This document shows positions 1 through 13,553 of a stretch of 64,000 nucleotides of DNA, one piece after another; within the stretch, counting starts at the first letter, position 1, and each line of letters begins with the position of its first letter. A program made the position numbers and the translations under genes. Origin of the DNA: Pristiophorus japonicus (lineage: Eukaryota); contig NC_091999.1 in the NCBI RefSeq assembly GCF_044704955.1, positions 47,864,001 to 47,928,000 on the forward strand. The letters run 5' to 3'. Under the pieces are notes generated by a model. It saw nothing but the letters and a program-made list of their open reading frames with translations, was not told the origin of the DNA and did not search any database.

Positions 1-1243
1 AAAGTGAAATCATGCTTGACGAATCTTTGAGAATTTTGTGAGGATGTAACTAGTAGAGCGGACAAGGGAGAACCAATGGATGTGGTGTAGTGGGAATTTC
101 AAAAGACTTTTGACAAGGTCCCACACAAGAGGTTGGTGTGCAAAATTAAAGCACATGGCATTGGAGGTAATGTATTGATGTGGATAGAGAACTGGTTGAC
201 AGAGTCGGGATAAACGGGTCCTTTTCACAATGGCAGGCAGTGAGTAGTTGGGTGCCGCAGGGCTCAGTGCTGGGACCCCAGCAATTTACAATATATATCA
301 ATGACTTAGATGAAGGAATTGTGTATAATATCTCTAATTTTGCAGGTGACATTATGCTGGATGGCGGTGTGAAATGTGAGGAGGATGCTAAGATGCTGCA
401 GGGTGACGTGGACAGGTCAGGTGAGTGGGCAATTGCGTGGCAGATGTCGTGTAATAACGATAAATGTGAGGTTATGCACTTTGGTGGCAAAAACACGAAG
501 GCAGAATATTATCTGAATGGCGGCAGATTAGGCAAAGGGGAAGTGCAACGAGATCCGGGTGTCATGGTACATCAGTCATTGAAGGTTGGCATGCAGGTGC
601 AGCAGACAGAAAGAAGGCAAATAGCATGTTGGCCCCATATCTTGGGGATTTGAATATAGCAGCAGGGCGGTCTTGCTGCAGCTGTACAGGGCCTTGCTGA
701 TGCCTCACCTGGAATACTGTGTTCAGTTTTGTACTAATCTGAGGAAGGACGTTCTTGCTATTGAGGGAGTGCAGCGAAGGTTCACCAGACTGATTTCCGG
801 GATGGGAGGACATATGAGAAGAGACAGGATCGACTGGGCCTGTATTCACTGGAGTTTAGAAGAATGAGAGGGGACCTCAGAAACATTCTGACGGGACTGG
901 GCAGGTTAGATGCACGAAGAATGTTCCCGATGTTGGGGAAGTCCAGAACAAGTGGCCAGTGTCTGAGGACAAGGGATAAGCCATTTAGGACCGAGATGAG
1001 GAGAAACCTCTTCACTCAGAGAGTTGTTAACCTGTCGAATTCTCTTCCGCAGAATGTTGTTGATGCCAGTTCATCAGATATATTCAAGAGGGAGTTGGAT
1101 ATAGCCCTTAAGGTAAAGGGATCAAGGGGTGTGGAGCGAAAGCAGGAAAGGGGTACTGAGGTGAATGATCTTATTGAATGTTGGTGCAGGCTCGAAGGGG
1201 CGAATGGCCTATTCCTGCAACCTTTTTCTATGTTTCTGTGTTT
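1..1243 (+). mobile_element. CR1-clade LINE, 3' part of ORF2 (RT), degenerate
   Basis: Frameshifted RT motifs (FQKTFDKVPH, GSVLGP, PHLEYCVQF, MRRNLFTQRVVNL); ends in a TTTCTATG-type tail at ~1225-1243. Confidence 0.93.
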
Positions 1244-4200
1244 CAGGGTGCATGCATCTAATGGCCCAGTGTGTTGTTCCATTTCTTTCAACTGAGTACT
1301 ATTTATTGAATCTGTAACTCGCCCGGTTTGTATCTGATCCATATTGTGTCTCACCTGACCAATCATCCATCTCCCATAGGCATGACATGTGTCTCTTTTC
1401 CTGTCCTCGGCATCGTCCTCTCAATTCCTGCTTATTTTGCTCGTTAATTGTTCGTGCATGGCCTTCCAATCCGGATACACCCTCTAGCATTTGTTTGGAT
1501 GTTTTAGATCCTAACTGTGAAGATTGTATCTCAATCCTGGTCTGTTTCCTGATTAGTAACTCCGTTGTTCCCCTCAAACGATCTACACCTGCATGGATCG
1601 CCTGTATATCTGGTGCATCTACTAGAGATGTCCCTGTAAAGTTAATACGTCATTCGCTGTGAATCTCCTCTGTCTTCCTTCTTTGTGTCTCAGCTTCTTG
1701 TGTTACTCCCTTGCTCCTGATGTGTCACTAGCTATTCTCAGGATTGTGTCTAGCAATCCTATTTACAAAGCTTTAGTCTTGTGGCTATTTTTTTCTGGCA
1801 GGTATAGGGCTGATTAATTTATGCTCACAGGTAACATTTCATGCTGCACATTGTCAAATAACAACATTACTTCTGTTCCAGGTTTAACTACCACGCAATT
1901 TCCCAAGGTTAATTCCCCTGGTTTACAATATTCAGGTAACATTTTTTACACACTTATCTTATGGCTTCAAGACAAACGCTCCGGACACTTAGATGCCGCC
2001 CCCTAGAGGCTGCTTTACGTAGTTGTTGTACCCTCCGCTGTGGTAAAATGCTTCTGGGCCCCCTCGGGGCGGCCTTGTAGCTTGTCCTTTTTTGAATCGG
2101 AAGGACGGTGATGATCACGTTTATATTCTGTTGATAAAACACGTCCTGGATATTCCAGGTTTTAGTTAGACTCTTACCATTTCCATTTCAACCGGATTTT
2201 CCTTTCACTAGCCATTGTATTGGTTCTGCAATTGCTGTGGTTAGGCACAAAATTCCTACAATAGCTAACGAACCCCAGTTCCTTACACACCCCTCAGGCT
2301 GGTTTTGGTCGGGGCATAATTCTAATGTCCTCCTTCCTGTCATTGGACATGGTCCGAGTTCCTTGAGATATTTCGTGTCCCAGGTACTGTACCACAGGTT
2401 GTCCGATTTGTGCCTGTTTGGGATTTACTTTAAATCCTGCTTTCCGTTATCTCAAATGTATTTTTCATAACGAGAACAGAGTCTAGCACGGAGGCTTTGA
2501 TAGCTGCTTTCTGTTATCTCAAATGTTCCAGTTTCAAAGCCTTTACGTCTCAGTTTCTGTGGTTCTTCAACCACTGTATCTTAAGTCACAAGTTCAACTT
2601 ATATTTTCCTTTGTTCTAAACTGCTAAAGCCTGCCGTTTTAACTTTTATTTTTTTTCAAAATTCATTTTACACTTTCGCAGATAGCTCCCCACTTGCCCA
2701 GGAGTTTGACCTGATCCCTGAAGGTATTTCTACATTGTTTCCAAACATTATAGTTTTATTTCTTTTTTTTAAGAGATCAGATTTAAATTTTTATGTTAAA
2801 TGTTGTTGTGTATTTTCTTAAAGAGTGGTACTTGAAATATTCACAACAAAATTAACTCTTCACTGCTCCCATCCTAATTTCTGCTCCCCTTTTGTAGTAT
2901 TTGTATTCATTGTTGGATTATGAAATGTCAAATATGGTAATACTGTTTTTTAATCGGACTTATCATTTATGCTTATAGTGATTCACAGATCACAGAATGC
3001 AAAGTACTTGTTTTATAATTATGTGCCTGACTTCTGTTTTAGAAGCTGAACATCAAAAACTCTAATCTTTTGCGCTGTAACTTCAATTTTGTGATACAGT
3101 ATCTCATAATTTTAATCTTTTTAAGCTTCAGCTTCAGACGCAATATGTTTACTTTTATTAAAAGTCTTCCAAACCCAAGATTTTCCAATACAACCAAAAT
3201 GTTTATCAAGGAGAATCACCAGAAATATCTCAAAATCCCAATTCAAATATCGTATTGCCAATCTTTTATTTAAAAATCTTTTTACTGAGGTAGAAGCTTT
3301 CGCATCAAGATTTTACACAAAGGAATATGGGGGCGTATTTCCCCAGCCCACAGCCTTGAGACACCCACGCAGGCTTCTTTTTTTAAGGCATTACAATTTC
3401 CCTTCTCCGTTCTTTATTTCATTCCTAGATTAAATGTATTGTCTTTCAACAAAATGTAATCAATGCATACGTGTTTTCTTTTGACAAGTGAGCGTGTCAA
3501 AACATTTTTTTTAAAACCATCGGGACCACACATTTTTTATCTTTTGCTCAACAAACCTATCCTTTGTGCATTTCCTAGCTCCATAACATATCATCTGAAT
3601 AAATCCACACCTGCGTTTCTAAATTAAAATGTAATTCAATTCTAGGTTTACACTTTCTTAAAACTTCCCTCATACAGGACAACACTGCAAAGGGTTAAAA
3701 CAAATTCACTCTGTCTGAAAAAGTGGGTGGGGCCATAACAACAGACAGCTCTACCACTTCTGAAGCAGGCTTTCAGACACCTGAAAAATTCATTAATTCC
3801 CACCTCAAATATTCCGAAGTTAAAAATCACACAAGCACTTTCATTCAAAGACAGACATTCACAAAAATCTCTCTTCATTCAACAAAGCTTATTGTTTGGC
3901 CGGCGCTATTTTTGTATCCATACTTCACTTAAGATAGTCACGAACAGTTTTTGTTATGGACTTCCGAAAAATATCTACTAAGCGAGCCTTCTGGCCCCCA
4001 ATCAATCCTTCATTTTCATCAGGTCCTAATCATAACCCTGTTAGTGGGGGATACAAATTTGGGCCAAATTCCTCTGTCTATTCCCTTCAGTCATCTATAT
4101 CTATTTTTATACTTACATCCTGTTGTCTTTTGTCACTTTCTCTGTCCATCTCACCTTCGGGTATCTTTTTATTCATCTTTCCGGCTGTTAAAATTATCTT

Positions 4201-4662
4201 TTTCCCTTCATCATATCCTGCCTTAACCATCTTCATGACCTTTTCAGATTTATCTCTCAGAAACTCTTCTGGTAGTTTATACATCAGCCCTCCAAGGGCC
4301 TTGGCAGATTCCTTTGCCATTTCATACATTGGGGCTTTTTCCCCAGTTCCTGTTTTACCATCTTTACTTAAGCAGAACTTTTTAAACCAAGGCTTTTTAC
4401 CTAGTGCTGTTTTTCCGCCTTTACTTATGCGGAACTATTTACACTGAGGCTTTTTCCCCGATATCCCGTATACGTACTTATTGTACCGACACTTACAGTA
4501 TTTATTTACATTGTCCTGACGAACCCTTACTGGCTGCATGGACTCTACCTCAGATTCGTTGGATCTCTGGTTACTTTGCGAGGAGAATTTCTCAAGGTAA
4601 TTCTCTACTCACTCGTTATTCGGTTGGTTTGGCTGTTTGAGTCTAATCTGCCCGTCCATGAG

Positions 4663-4680
4663 ATCCTGCTGACTGCGCCA
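4663..4680 (-). promoter_or_regulatory. Primer-binding site, tRNA-Ser(AGA)-like
   Basis: + strand ATCCTGCTGACTGCGCCA matches 16/18 with the vertebrate tRNA-Ser 3' end ATCCTGCCGACTACGCCA; 3 nt from the LTR edge. Confidence 0.8.
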
Positions 4681-4683
4681 AGT

Positions 4684-5127
4684 TGTTAGAGTTAACTTCA
4701 AACCACCACTCGGAGATACAAGCTGGCAGGTGAGCTATCCTTGAATGAATGCTCAGAGAAACTGCCAGAGACATCTTATTTTATACAGTTTCAGATTATC
4801 GTCTTACTTAATTACGCAAGTTACAATTCATATGTGCTGATTGATTAATACATGATTATCTGGTAGGTTGCTTCCTCCAATCTGGCCTCTATATACTTTA
4901 ATTAGTAATTCAGGATACGTGTTGTTATGATTCCTTTTATTTAACTTGTATCTTATTACAGAATTCAAGTTCTATGTTATCTGTGTCTGTGCCCAGCTCC
5001 CAAGGCCTTTGGTCTATGAATTGAAACATCTGACCCTCTGCGGAAGGCATCCCACACATGCTTCCCACATTCTGAAAAACAGGCTGTGGGATCTATTTTA
5101 AAAATCTGTTAACTCCATTTTAAAACA
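4684..5127 (-). repeat. 5' LTR of ERV A (right boundary approximate)
   Basis: Starts TGTT beside the PBS; candidate end ...AAAACA; minus-strand TATAAAATAA near 4777-4786. Confidence 0.6.
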
Positions 5128-5164
5128 TCCCAATTATTATTATTAATTGTAATTACAATTTGTG

Positions 5165-6720
5165 ATCTGCCCTTTCAGTCTATTATGGGGTATCTTATCG
5201 AAGGCCTTTCGAAATCTAGATACATTACATCTACTACATTACGTTAGTTTACGCTATCTGTTACTTCTTCGAAAAATTCAAAGAATTTGGTCAATTCAAG
5301 ACTTTCCCTTTATAATCCATGCTGACTATTCATTTTTGGTTTCTAGTTGTTCTTCCACTTTCTCCTTTAGTAGGGAATCCATTATTTTTCCTCCCAACGA
5401 CGTTAAGTTGACCTGACTATAGTTCCTCAGACACGTTCTACCTCGCTTCTTAAAAATAGTTATTACATTAGGTATTTGCCAATCCTCCAGCACTGCACTT
5501 TAGTCTAACGAAATATTAAATATGTTTATTAATGCCTCTGCTATCTCTTCCCTCGATGTAATTTGTCCGAAGCCGGCATTTTATCCATTTTCGGTTTGAT
5601 TAGTTTATATAATATTTTCCCTCTTGTTATTTTAAATGCAGTTATTTCATTTCTAATATCATCCAATGTCATGTCCACCTGTGTTGACTCCCTGATAAAT
5701 ACTGATGCAAAGTAATTGTTTAATATTTCTTCCTATCTCTGCCTGTGGACAACCTTCTGAGCCACGTACCTTGGTATGTATTGTGGATGTCCTCCACGCA
5801 ATCTTTATCCTTATCGTTGGGCAGGAGCAGTATCTCATTCTCAGCCTCTCCTCAATTCTCGCTACACGGCACCCAATCAGACACGGACTTTCCTGAACCT
5901 GCGTTTTTCTGTGGGATGTGACTGTTTTCTGGATTAAATTACTTCTCCTGTGTGTTTCAGAGTGTGTCGAACTCGCACTCCAGCCCAATTACCCTGAGCC
6001 AGAGAGAATAAAGCAGAGACATTTCCTGCAGATGTGGGAATGTGGGACAGATTTGATGTCCACAAACTCACACACATTAATGTCTCGACTCATTGCCTGC
6101 CCTGCCATCTTTAGTTATTTTTTATAAATGTATTTGCTTATTTACACACTGAATTGATTTAATTACTTAGTTTTTATTTAATGGTTATTTATAATGATAT
6201 TAATTAATTAGTAATTATAGTTAAATTATTAATTTAATAAAGTATTGTATTGCTCCCAGGTCTTAGTGTGGACCAAGCTTCGAGAAAAAAGGTAATACTC
6301 ACAAACGTTCATCTACCTGCTGTATTTTGGAGGCCAAAGCAGCACCTCCTTCAACCACTGTCCCATTCAAACTCTCACCAAATTCCGTTTAATATCACTG
6401 TGCAGAACACACTGTGAGTCAGCAGTTAGTGTTTAGTTTTATACCTTTGGAGCCACACACAAGTTACAAGTGCTGTCTCAGCTCCATGCCCATTGCTCGC
6501 AGTAATTAGCACATATTTAAGACTAACACTTACAGCTGACTGATAGTTAACTACCACTAACAGGCAGTTTCTGCTAACTTCTGTTTTTAAAGTTCTAAGT
6601 TCAATTCAAAACGTTAAACTAAATTTCCCTTCTTACAGCTAATACTCAGCCAGACTCACCACGGACTTACCACTGAATCTCACCTTTCTCTACGTTCCCA
6701 AGTTTACCACTCTCTTTGTG
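5165..6720 (-). mobile_element. Internally deleted CR1 LINE (5' region, ORF1 zinc-finger/leucine-zipper start, RT fragment)
   Basis: Minus strand MAGQAM...SHICRKCL...WLRV..LE motif at ~5900-6110; DFRKAFDK-type RT motif at ~5190-5225; outer boundaries approximate. Confidence 0.7.
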
Positions 6721-8683
6721 CACTCTGTTTAAGATCAGGATGTGAAGATCGAGTAAGCTCTGGCATGCTCTGCTGGGCCGAAAGGGTCGGGGTGGGGAAG
6801 GTCGCTCTGTAAATTTGCAGTCCACAGGCAGACGGGCTGCTAACTCCCAGCACCCCCAGGGAAACCTCAGGGGAACGCCTCAGACCAGTTTGCAGCCGCG
6901 AGCACCGAATGGCCTATTTCTGTGCTGCAGACATTAAGTAACTCTATGTAAGGTGATGTGTGAAGGAGCTGGGATGTCTGAAATGCGATTCTGAGTCAGC
7001 CACAGACCAGGGCGTGGTCAGAATGGCAGGTCTGTGATGTCACAATGCTCAGGCACAGTGTCATGGGGGTTTCACCGCTGTATTACTTCACAGGTACAGC
7101 AATACCTAGTAAAAAAGCTCGTTACCACCCTCCCTGAACACTGCATATTATGGGCTATGTTGAGCTCGGAGATTTTACACAGAGTGAGGAGGAGCTGAGT
7201 TTAATGCGTGTCGAGTGTGTGCGGGGAACACTTCATCCTGCAGATCACCGCATTGTTCAGGCAAACTTACAAATGAACGTTATAGTGGTGAATGTCACTG
7301 GAATATACTCCGTCTGCAGGAGACCCTTTAATCCCAAAGGTAGATTATCTGAAACAAGGATACGCCGCTATCACCAGGCGTTGGAGCTGCTCAGGTGAAA
7401 CCCCACTGGGAGAAAAACACAAGGAGCCTGCAAAAGGATGAAAGCACTGACCTTTGAGCCTTTGAAACCTTCCCTCTCTGGCTGTTGTTTGGTCCCAGGC
7501 CATTTCCCCCCAGCTTTTCCTGGGAGTGCTGGGGACTGAGCGGCCCGCCCATGGACGGAAAAGTAACAGAGCCACCTTCCCCGTGCCGCTCCCTTTGGGT
7601 AAACACATCCGACACGAGCCTGGCGGTCGGGAGCTTTATAAATCCGTCCCAGGCCGCAGCAGACGTCTTAGCGGGGATAAAACCTGCTGGAGTCCAGCGG
7701 GACTGATCTCCGTGGACTTCCTCACCTCTATCAGTTTTGTTAGTCGCTGAATCCGCGCGGTGAAAGATGAAAACAGGCCTCACTGTGTGTGTATAACAGA
7801 GAAGAGCGGATTGGGCAGAATACACGCCCAAAACATTGTGTGATTCTTATTATTTAATACATTTAACAATTACAGTAAAGGGATATTTCACCACATTCTT
7901 CAACTCCTCTCTGAATTTCGTCTGGGTCACGGCATAAATACATGTGTTGGTGCAGCAACTCAGGAGCTGAAGCATAAATCCCATTTCCTGTACATATTTA
8001 GGTAGATATACAGGAATAACGTTTAACCAATACAATCGTGTAACCACAGAATATAACAGAAACACTGCCCATAACAGGATAAAATTGCCGGATATAACAA
8101 ACAGTTAAATGATGGATTTCCTTCGTTTCTCCATCTCTGGGTCACTGGGACTCTCCCCACTGCTGTGGGCCCGGAGTCTCCTGCGGGCTCTGCTCGATAC
8201 TAAAACCTGTCTGACAGTTAAAGTATTGAGCAGAAGGATCAGAACAAATGGAATAAACGGTTTTTATAATATAATGAAGGAATTCAATTACTGCCCATGA
8301 TAGTGACTCAGAGACTTCCCATCTAACAAAACAAAACCAGGGATTATTGTAAATCTGATACATACCTCCATACATAAAGTACCAGAAAGTGTTCTTTACA
8401 CAGAACAGCGCAGTCACTGTTCCCATCGCCACAGTCGCCGTTTCCTCGGTGCAATATTTGGTTTTGAGCTTCTGACAACAAATGGCTATACATCGATCAA
8501 AGGTAAAAGCAACTGTGAACCAGACGGAACAGTCTGTGACTGCGTAAAGCAGGATGGCATGGACATTACAAACATTAATCTTCCACATGAACTCAAACAC
8601 GGTTGAATAAAGAATAGGAATCTGCCTGGATATCAGGTCGAGGATAACGACCAGTAGATCTGCCGCTGCCATTGCCACCAGGT

Positions 8684-10193
8684 TTTCCAACATTCCATTG
8701 ACTCTGGATCAGTTCCTATGGAGTGGAGGGTAGCCAATGTAACCCCACTTTTTAAAAAAGGAGGGAGAGAGAAAACAGGGAATTATAGACCGGTCAGCCT
8801 GACCTCAGTAGTGGGTAAAATGATGGAATCAATTATTAAGGATGTCATAGCAGTGCATCTGGAAAATGGTGACATGATAGGTCCAAGTCAGCATGGATTT
8901 GTGAAAGGGAAATCATGCTTGACAAATCTTCTGGAATTTTTTGAGGATGTTTCCAGTAAAGTGGACAAAGGAGAACCAGTTGATGTGGTATATTTGGACT
9001 TTCAGAAGGCTTTCGACAAGGTCCCACACAAGAGATTAATGTGCAAAGTTAAAGCACATGGGATTGGGGGTAGTGTGCTGACGTGGATTGAGAACTGGTT
9101 GTCAGACAGGAAGCAAAGAGTAGGAGTAAACGGGTACTTTTCAGAATGGCAGGCAGTGACTAGTGGAGTGCCGCAAGGTTCTGTGCTGGGGCCTCAGCTG
9201 TTTACATTGTACATTAATGATTTAGACGAGGGGATTAAATGCAGTATCTCCAAATTTGCGGATGATACTAAGTTGGGTGGCAGTGTGAGCTGCGAGGAGG
9301 ATGCTATTAGGCTGCAGAGTGACTTGGATAGGTTAGGTGAGTGGGCAAATGCATGGCAGATGAAGTATAATGTGGATAAATGTGAGGTTATCCACTTTGG
9401 TGGTAAAAACAGAGAGACAGACTATTATCTGAATGGTGACAGATTAGGAAAAGGGAAGGTGCAACGAGACCTGGGTGTCATGGTACATCAGTCATTGAAG
9501 GTTGGCATGCAGGTACAGCAGGCGGTTAAGAAAGCAAATGGCATGTTGGCCTTCATAGCGAGGGGATTTGAATACAGGGGCAGGGAGGTGTTGCTACAGT
9601 TGTACAGGGCCTTGGTGAGGCCACACCTGGAGTATTGTGTACAGTTTTGGTCTCCTAACTTGAGGAAGGACATTCTTGCTATTGAGGGAGTGCAGCGAAG
9701 GTTCACCAGACTGATTCCCGGGATGGCGGGACTGACCTATCAAGAAAGATTGGATCAATTGGGCTTGTATTCACTGGAGTTCAGAAGAATGAGAGGGGAC
9801 CTCATAGAAACGTTTAAAATTCTGACGGGTTTAGACAGGTTAGATGCAGAAAGAATGTTCCCAATGTTGGGGAAGTCCAGAACCAGGGGTCACAGTCTGA
9901 GGATAAGGGGTAAGCCATTTAGGACCGAGATGAGGAGAAACTTCTTCACCCAGAGAGTGGTGAACCTGTGGAATTCTCTACCACAGAAAGTAGTTGAGGC
10001 CAATTCACTAAATATATTCAAAAGGGAGTTAGATGAAGTCCTTACTACTCGGGGGATCAAGGGTTATGGCGAGAAAGCAGGAAGGGGGTACTGAAGTTTC
10101 ATGTTCAGCCATGAACTCATTGAATGGCGGTGCAGGCTAGAAGGGCTGAATGGCCTGCTCCTGCACCTATTTTCTATGTTTCTATGTTTCTAT
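8684..10193 (+). mobile_element. 5'-truncated young CR1 LINE inserted in GPCR exon 2
   Basis: Uninterrupted 458-aa RT ORF (8718-10094; NYRPVSLTS, FQKAFDKV, FADDTK, DLGVMVHQS), 3' UTR and (TTTCTATG)3 tail. Confidence 0.96.
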
Positions 10194-10357
10194 GACACAC
10201 TTGGAGAGACCGCACCTTCCTCGAGACAGGATCATTATCGTCACTAAGTTCACTGCAAGAAAGAGAAAAACAGGGAATTTATATTTCAGATTGAGAGCAA
10301 CATCAGCTGTCTCAAAGAATTATGTGTGAAATGTGTCAGGATTAAATGAACCATCCA

Positions 10358-10870
10358 ATGGGACGTGTGGTGTTTGGGTCAGGACTGATTACACCAGCGG
10401 ATGGGACGTGTGGTGTTTGGGTCAGGACTGATGACACCAGCGGATGGGTCGTGTGGTGTTTGGGACAGGACTGATTACACCAGCGGATGGGTCGTGTGGT
10501 GATTGGGACAGGACTGATTACACCAGCGGATGGGTCGTGTGGTGTTTGGGTCAGGACTGATTACACCAGTGGATGGGTCGTGTGGTGTTTGGGTCAGGAC
10601 TGATTACACCAGCGGATGGGTCGTGTGGTGTTTGGGTCAGGACTGATTACACCAGCGGATGGGTCGTGTGGTGTTTGGGTCAGGTATTGAAAGAACCAAT
10701 ATATGGGACGTGTGGCTGTCGGGGCAAGGACTGAATGTACCAATGGATGGAACGTGTGGGTGTTGGCTCTGGACTGAATGTACCAGTGGATGGGATGTTT
10801 GGGTGTTGTGACAGGGAGTGAGTGAAGCGGTGGATGTGATGTGTGGTTGCTGGGTCATGACTGAAAGAAT
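10358..10870. repeat. 43-bp minisatellite, ~7.5 near-perfect copies then degenerate
   Basis: Unit GATGGGTCGTGTGGTGTTTGGGTCAGGACTGATTACACCAGCG; AGGACTGA recurs at 10381, 10424, 10467... Confidence 0.92.
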
Positions 10871-11019
10871 TAATGTGTTGGACTTTTGCCGGGATGTTAA
10901 AGCGCTGAATGAGACTAATATATAACGCCATATCCAAGTCAGAGTGAGCAATAATTCAGCACAAGAAGCCGCGAGTTTGTCAATAACCTGTGTCCATTGA
11001 GGGGAAAAGAGTCATTGTC

Positions 11020-11220
11020 CAGGGATGGGAATGTAGTCTGGGGACAGCGAGGGGAATGGAATCTGTGTCCAGGGAGGAGAATGGAGTTGTGGGCCAAGGG
11101 AGGAATGGAGTCTGTGGCCTAGAAAAGGAATGGAGTCTGTACAGGGAGGGGAATGGAGTCTGTGGCCAAGGTGGGGAATGAAATTTGTTGCCAGAGAGGG
11201 GAATGGAGTCTTTGGCGAGA
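11020..11220. repeat. Degenerate ~25-30 bp tandem repeat
   Basis: GGAATGGAGTCTGT recurs ~7 times. Confidence 0.75.
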
Positions 11221-12037
11221 TTATGGCGGTTGTGTCGAAGGCTGAAGAAGGTGAATTGAATTGCGTTATGTATCGAAATCAGAACCTTTCCAACCATTGT
11301 ATTGAAAGTACACTTTGTAACTGGCTTAAGCTGACTTTCCAAGAATATTGCAAATAATCTTTCAAGAAGGGACTGTCGCTTTACAATAGACTAATGATAA
11401 CCCATGTTGTATGATGTCACAGAGGATTTTCGAACGTGTAAGTTTACAACTGGAACTGTGTCAACCAACTTCCTTTCACCTGGTGTGAGAAAGTTACAGA
11501 CTTCCAGTTGACAGAGAGAGTTTGAGACTGGAAATATCAAAATATTTCACAATATAGTGCTCCATTTTGAATAGTTGCTACCGTGCGGCCAACACCGAGC
11601 TCTCCTGAACTGTGGCTGAAGAAGGGAAATAAATCAATTCAAACACAACTGAACAAACATTTTACTGGAAGACGTATTGCAGTTTTAACCCTGTCCTGAC
11701 CATCTGGAATTCGTGACTGTGAGGCAGAGCGGGAGGCAGTGGAAATTACGACAACTGTCTATAGCTGAATCATTCGTGGATAATGTCTCATATCTCAGTG
11801 TATTTGTGAAGGATCTCTCAACGGTGATTTCCACAGAGCAGTGTCATTAACAATAACCAGCGGTCCTTAAAACACTTGTTACCGCTGAACACCTATTTAT
11901 TATCCAACACTGGGCATCAGTGCAGAAAGCTGACTGCAAGCTGTTCAATAATATAATCGTTCACTAACATATCTTGTGTCAATAAAATCAAATTTCTGTT
12001 AAATCCTGTAAACCGCTATCACTGAAACAAGTTGCGG

Positions 12038-12369
12038 AAACAACACACTATTTATTGAACTGGGAGCAGTGAGTCAGCAAATGAGCAAACATTACATGAC
12101 AGAAACTTCTGTGCATTGCCAGACTCAGAACAAGAGGTTTAAATTGTGAAAACAACATTCTGTTCATTGAACTGGGAGCAGCGAATCAGCAAATGATCAA
12201 ACATTACATGACAGAAACTTCCGTGCATTGCCTGACACAGAAAACAGGTTTAAATTGTGAAAACAACATACTGTTCATTGAACTGGGAGCAGCAAATTAA
12301 CAAATGATCAAACATTACATGACAGAAACTTCTTTGCATTGCCAGACACAGAACAAGAGGTTTAAATTG
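12038..12369. repeat. ~111-bp unit x3 in the GPCR intron
   Basis: GAACTGGGAGCAG...CAAACATTACATGACAGAAACTT at 12057, 12169, 12280. Confidence 0.9.
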
Positions 12370-13008
12370 AATACAATTAATAACTAGAACTAAAGGACAA
12401 GGACAGAAAATACAGAGAAACATGCGTTACATAATTAATTGCAGATGAAGGACTCACCAGGAACACCAACAGCAGCGAGGAGCGGGTAATAAATACGTTC
12501 CACATTTAAAAGTGCCCACACGATCCTAAGCTCAGTTGGAATCTCCCAGAACATGATTTGACTTTCTGTGACCTCCAATGAGAACTGTTCGTTTTAGACA
12601 ACAACTTCAGTCAAACATTGCTATACAGGCTGAAAAAAAATCCCGATTTATAGCCTGAGTGAACTCTCCAGTGAGACAATTAAACTGCACACTGAAGGAT
12701 AGTAATCACAGTCACTGAATAAACAAGTTTTCAGAACCTTTTCTTTGCATCACTTTCAATTGCAAAATATCTTAAAAGCAACGTGGCTTTCAGATCAAAT
12801 AACTTTATCCAAAACCAAGCACTATTGGTAAAAGCAGAAATAGTTAAGTCCACAGAATCACAGCATGCATGTGAAGGGAGCAGCTTCATTTATGGAGTTT
12901 CTATTATTACTGAGATATAAAATAACTCTGTAATTTCAGATTTTCAATTCACTTCTCGGCGTAACACAAGTGAAATAAAACAAATGGAAGGATAGATTTC
13001 TAAGTGAA

Positions 13009-13553
13009 GGTCAGTAACATACATGGGGACTGACAGTACAGTGCTAAGTAAGGATACATTGGCACTGATAATACAATGGTCAGTAAAGATATATGACGAC
13101 TGATCACACAATGGTCAGTAAAGATACATGAGGACTGATAATACAATGGTCAGTAAGGATACATGGGGACTGATAATACAGTGTTCAGTAAGGGTACATG
13201 AGGACTGATAATACAATGGTCAGTAAGGGTACATGGGGACTGATAATACAGTGGTCAGTAAGGCTACCTGAGCACTGATAATACAATGGTCAGTAAGGGT
13301 ACATGGTGACTGTTAATATAATGGCGAGTAAGGATACATGGGACTGATAATACAGTGGTCACTAAGTGTACATGCGGATAGATAATACAGTCGTCAATTA
13401 GGATACATGGTGACAGATAATACAATGGTCAGTAAGGGTACATGGGGACTGATAATACAGTGGTCAGTAAGGGTACATGGGGACTGATAATACAGTGGTC
13501 AGTAAGGGTACATGGGTACTGATAATACAATGGTCAGTAAGGATTCATGGCGA
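13009..13553. repeat. 35-bp minisatellite, ~15 copies
   Basis: Unit GGTCAGTAAGGGTACATGGGGACTGATAATACAAT. Confidence 0.92.

Larger units (their letters stand above)
1244..5127 (-). mobile_element. Decayed endogenous retrovirus A (5' LTR, tRNA-Ser PBS, leader/gag-like region, pol remnant), truncated by the CR1 at left
   Basis: Minus-strand RT thumb remnant AGFKVNPKQAQIGQPVVQYLGHEISQG...MPRP...SYCRNFVP at ~2250-2440; PBS 4663-4680 next to an LTR-like segment. Confidence 0.75.
7850..12554 (-). pseudogene. GPR139-like class A GPCR pseudogene, 2 exons (exon 1 12458-12554; exon 2 10194-10252 + 7850-8683, split by a CR1)
   Basis: Exon 1 MFWEIPTELRIVWALLNVERIYYPLLAAVGVP|GT; exon 2 AG|VNLVTIMILSRGRCGLSKCV..LVAMAAADLLVV..SVWFTVAFTFDRCIAIC..DPEMEKRRKSII*LF..SCCTNTCIYAVTQTKFREEL. 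Frameshift ~8262, nonsense TAA at 8105-8107. Confidence 0.9.

Noticed and set aside
7054-7060. Perfect CACAGTG heptamer (also ~58420)
   Set aside because: No nonamer at 12 or 22/23 bp and no adjacent gene segment.
8142-8693. 183-aa ORF as a standalone GPCR
   Set aside because: Its start comes from CR1 junction sequence and its C-terminus is frameshifted; it is part of the pseudogene.
10358-13553. Regularly spaced repeats resembling CRISPR arrays
   Set aside because: Units are contiguous with no unique spacers, no cas genes, and the context is vertebrate.
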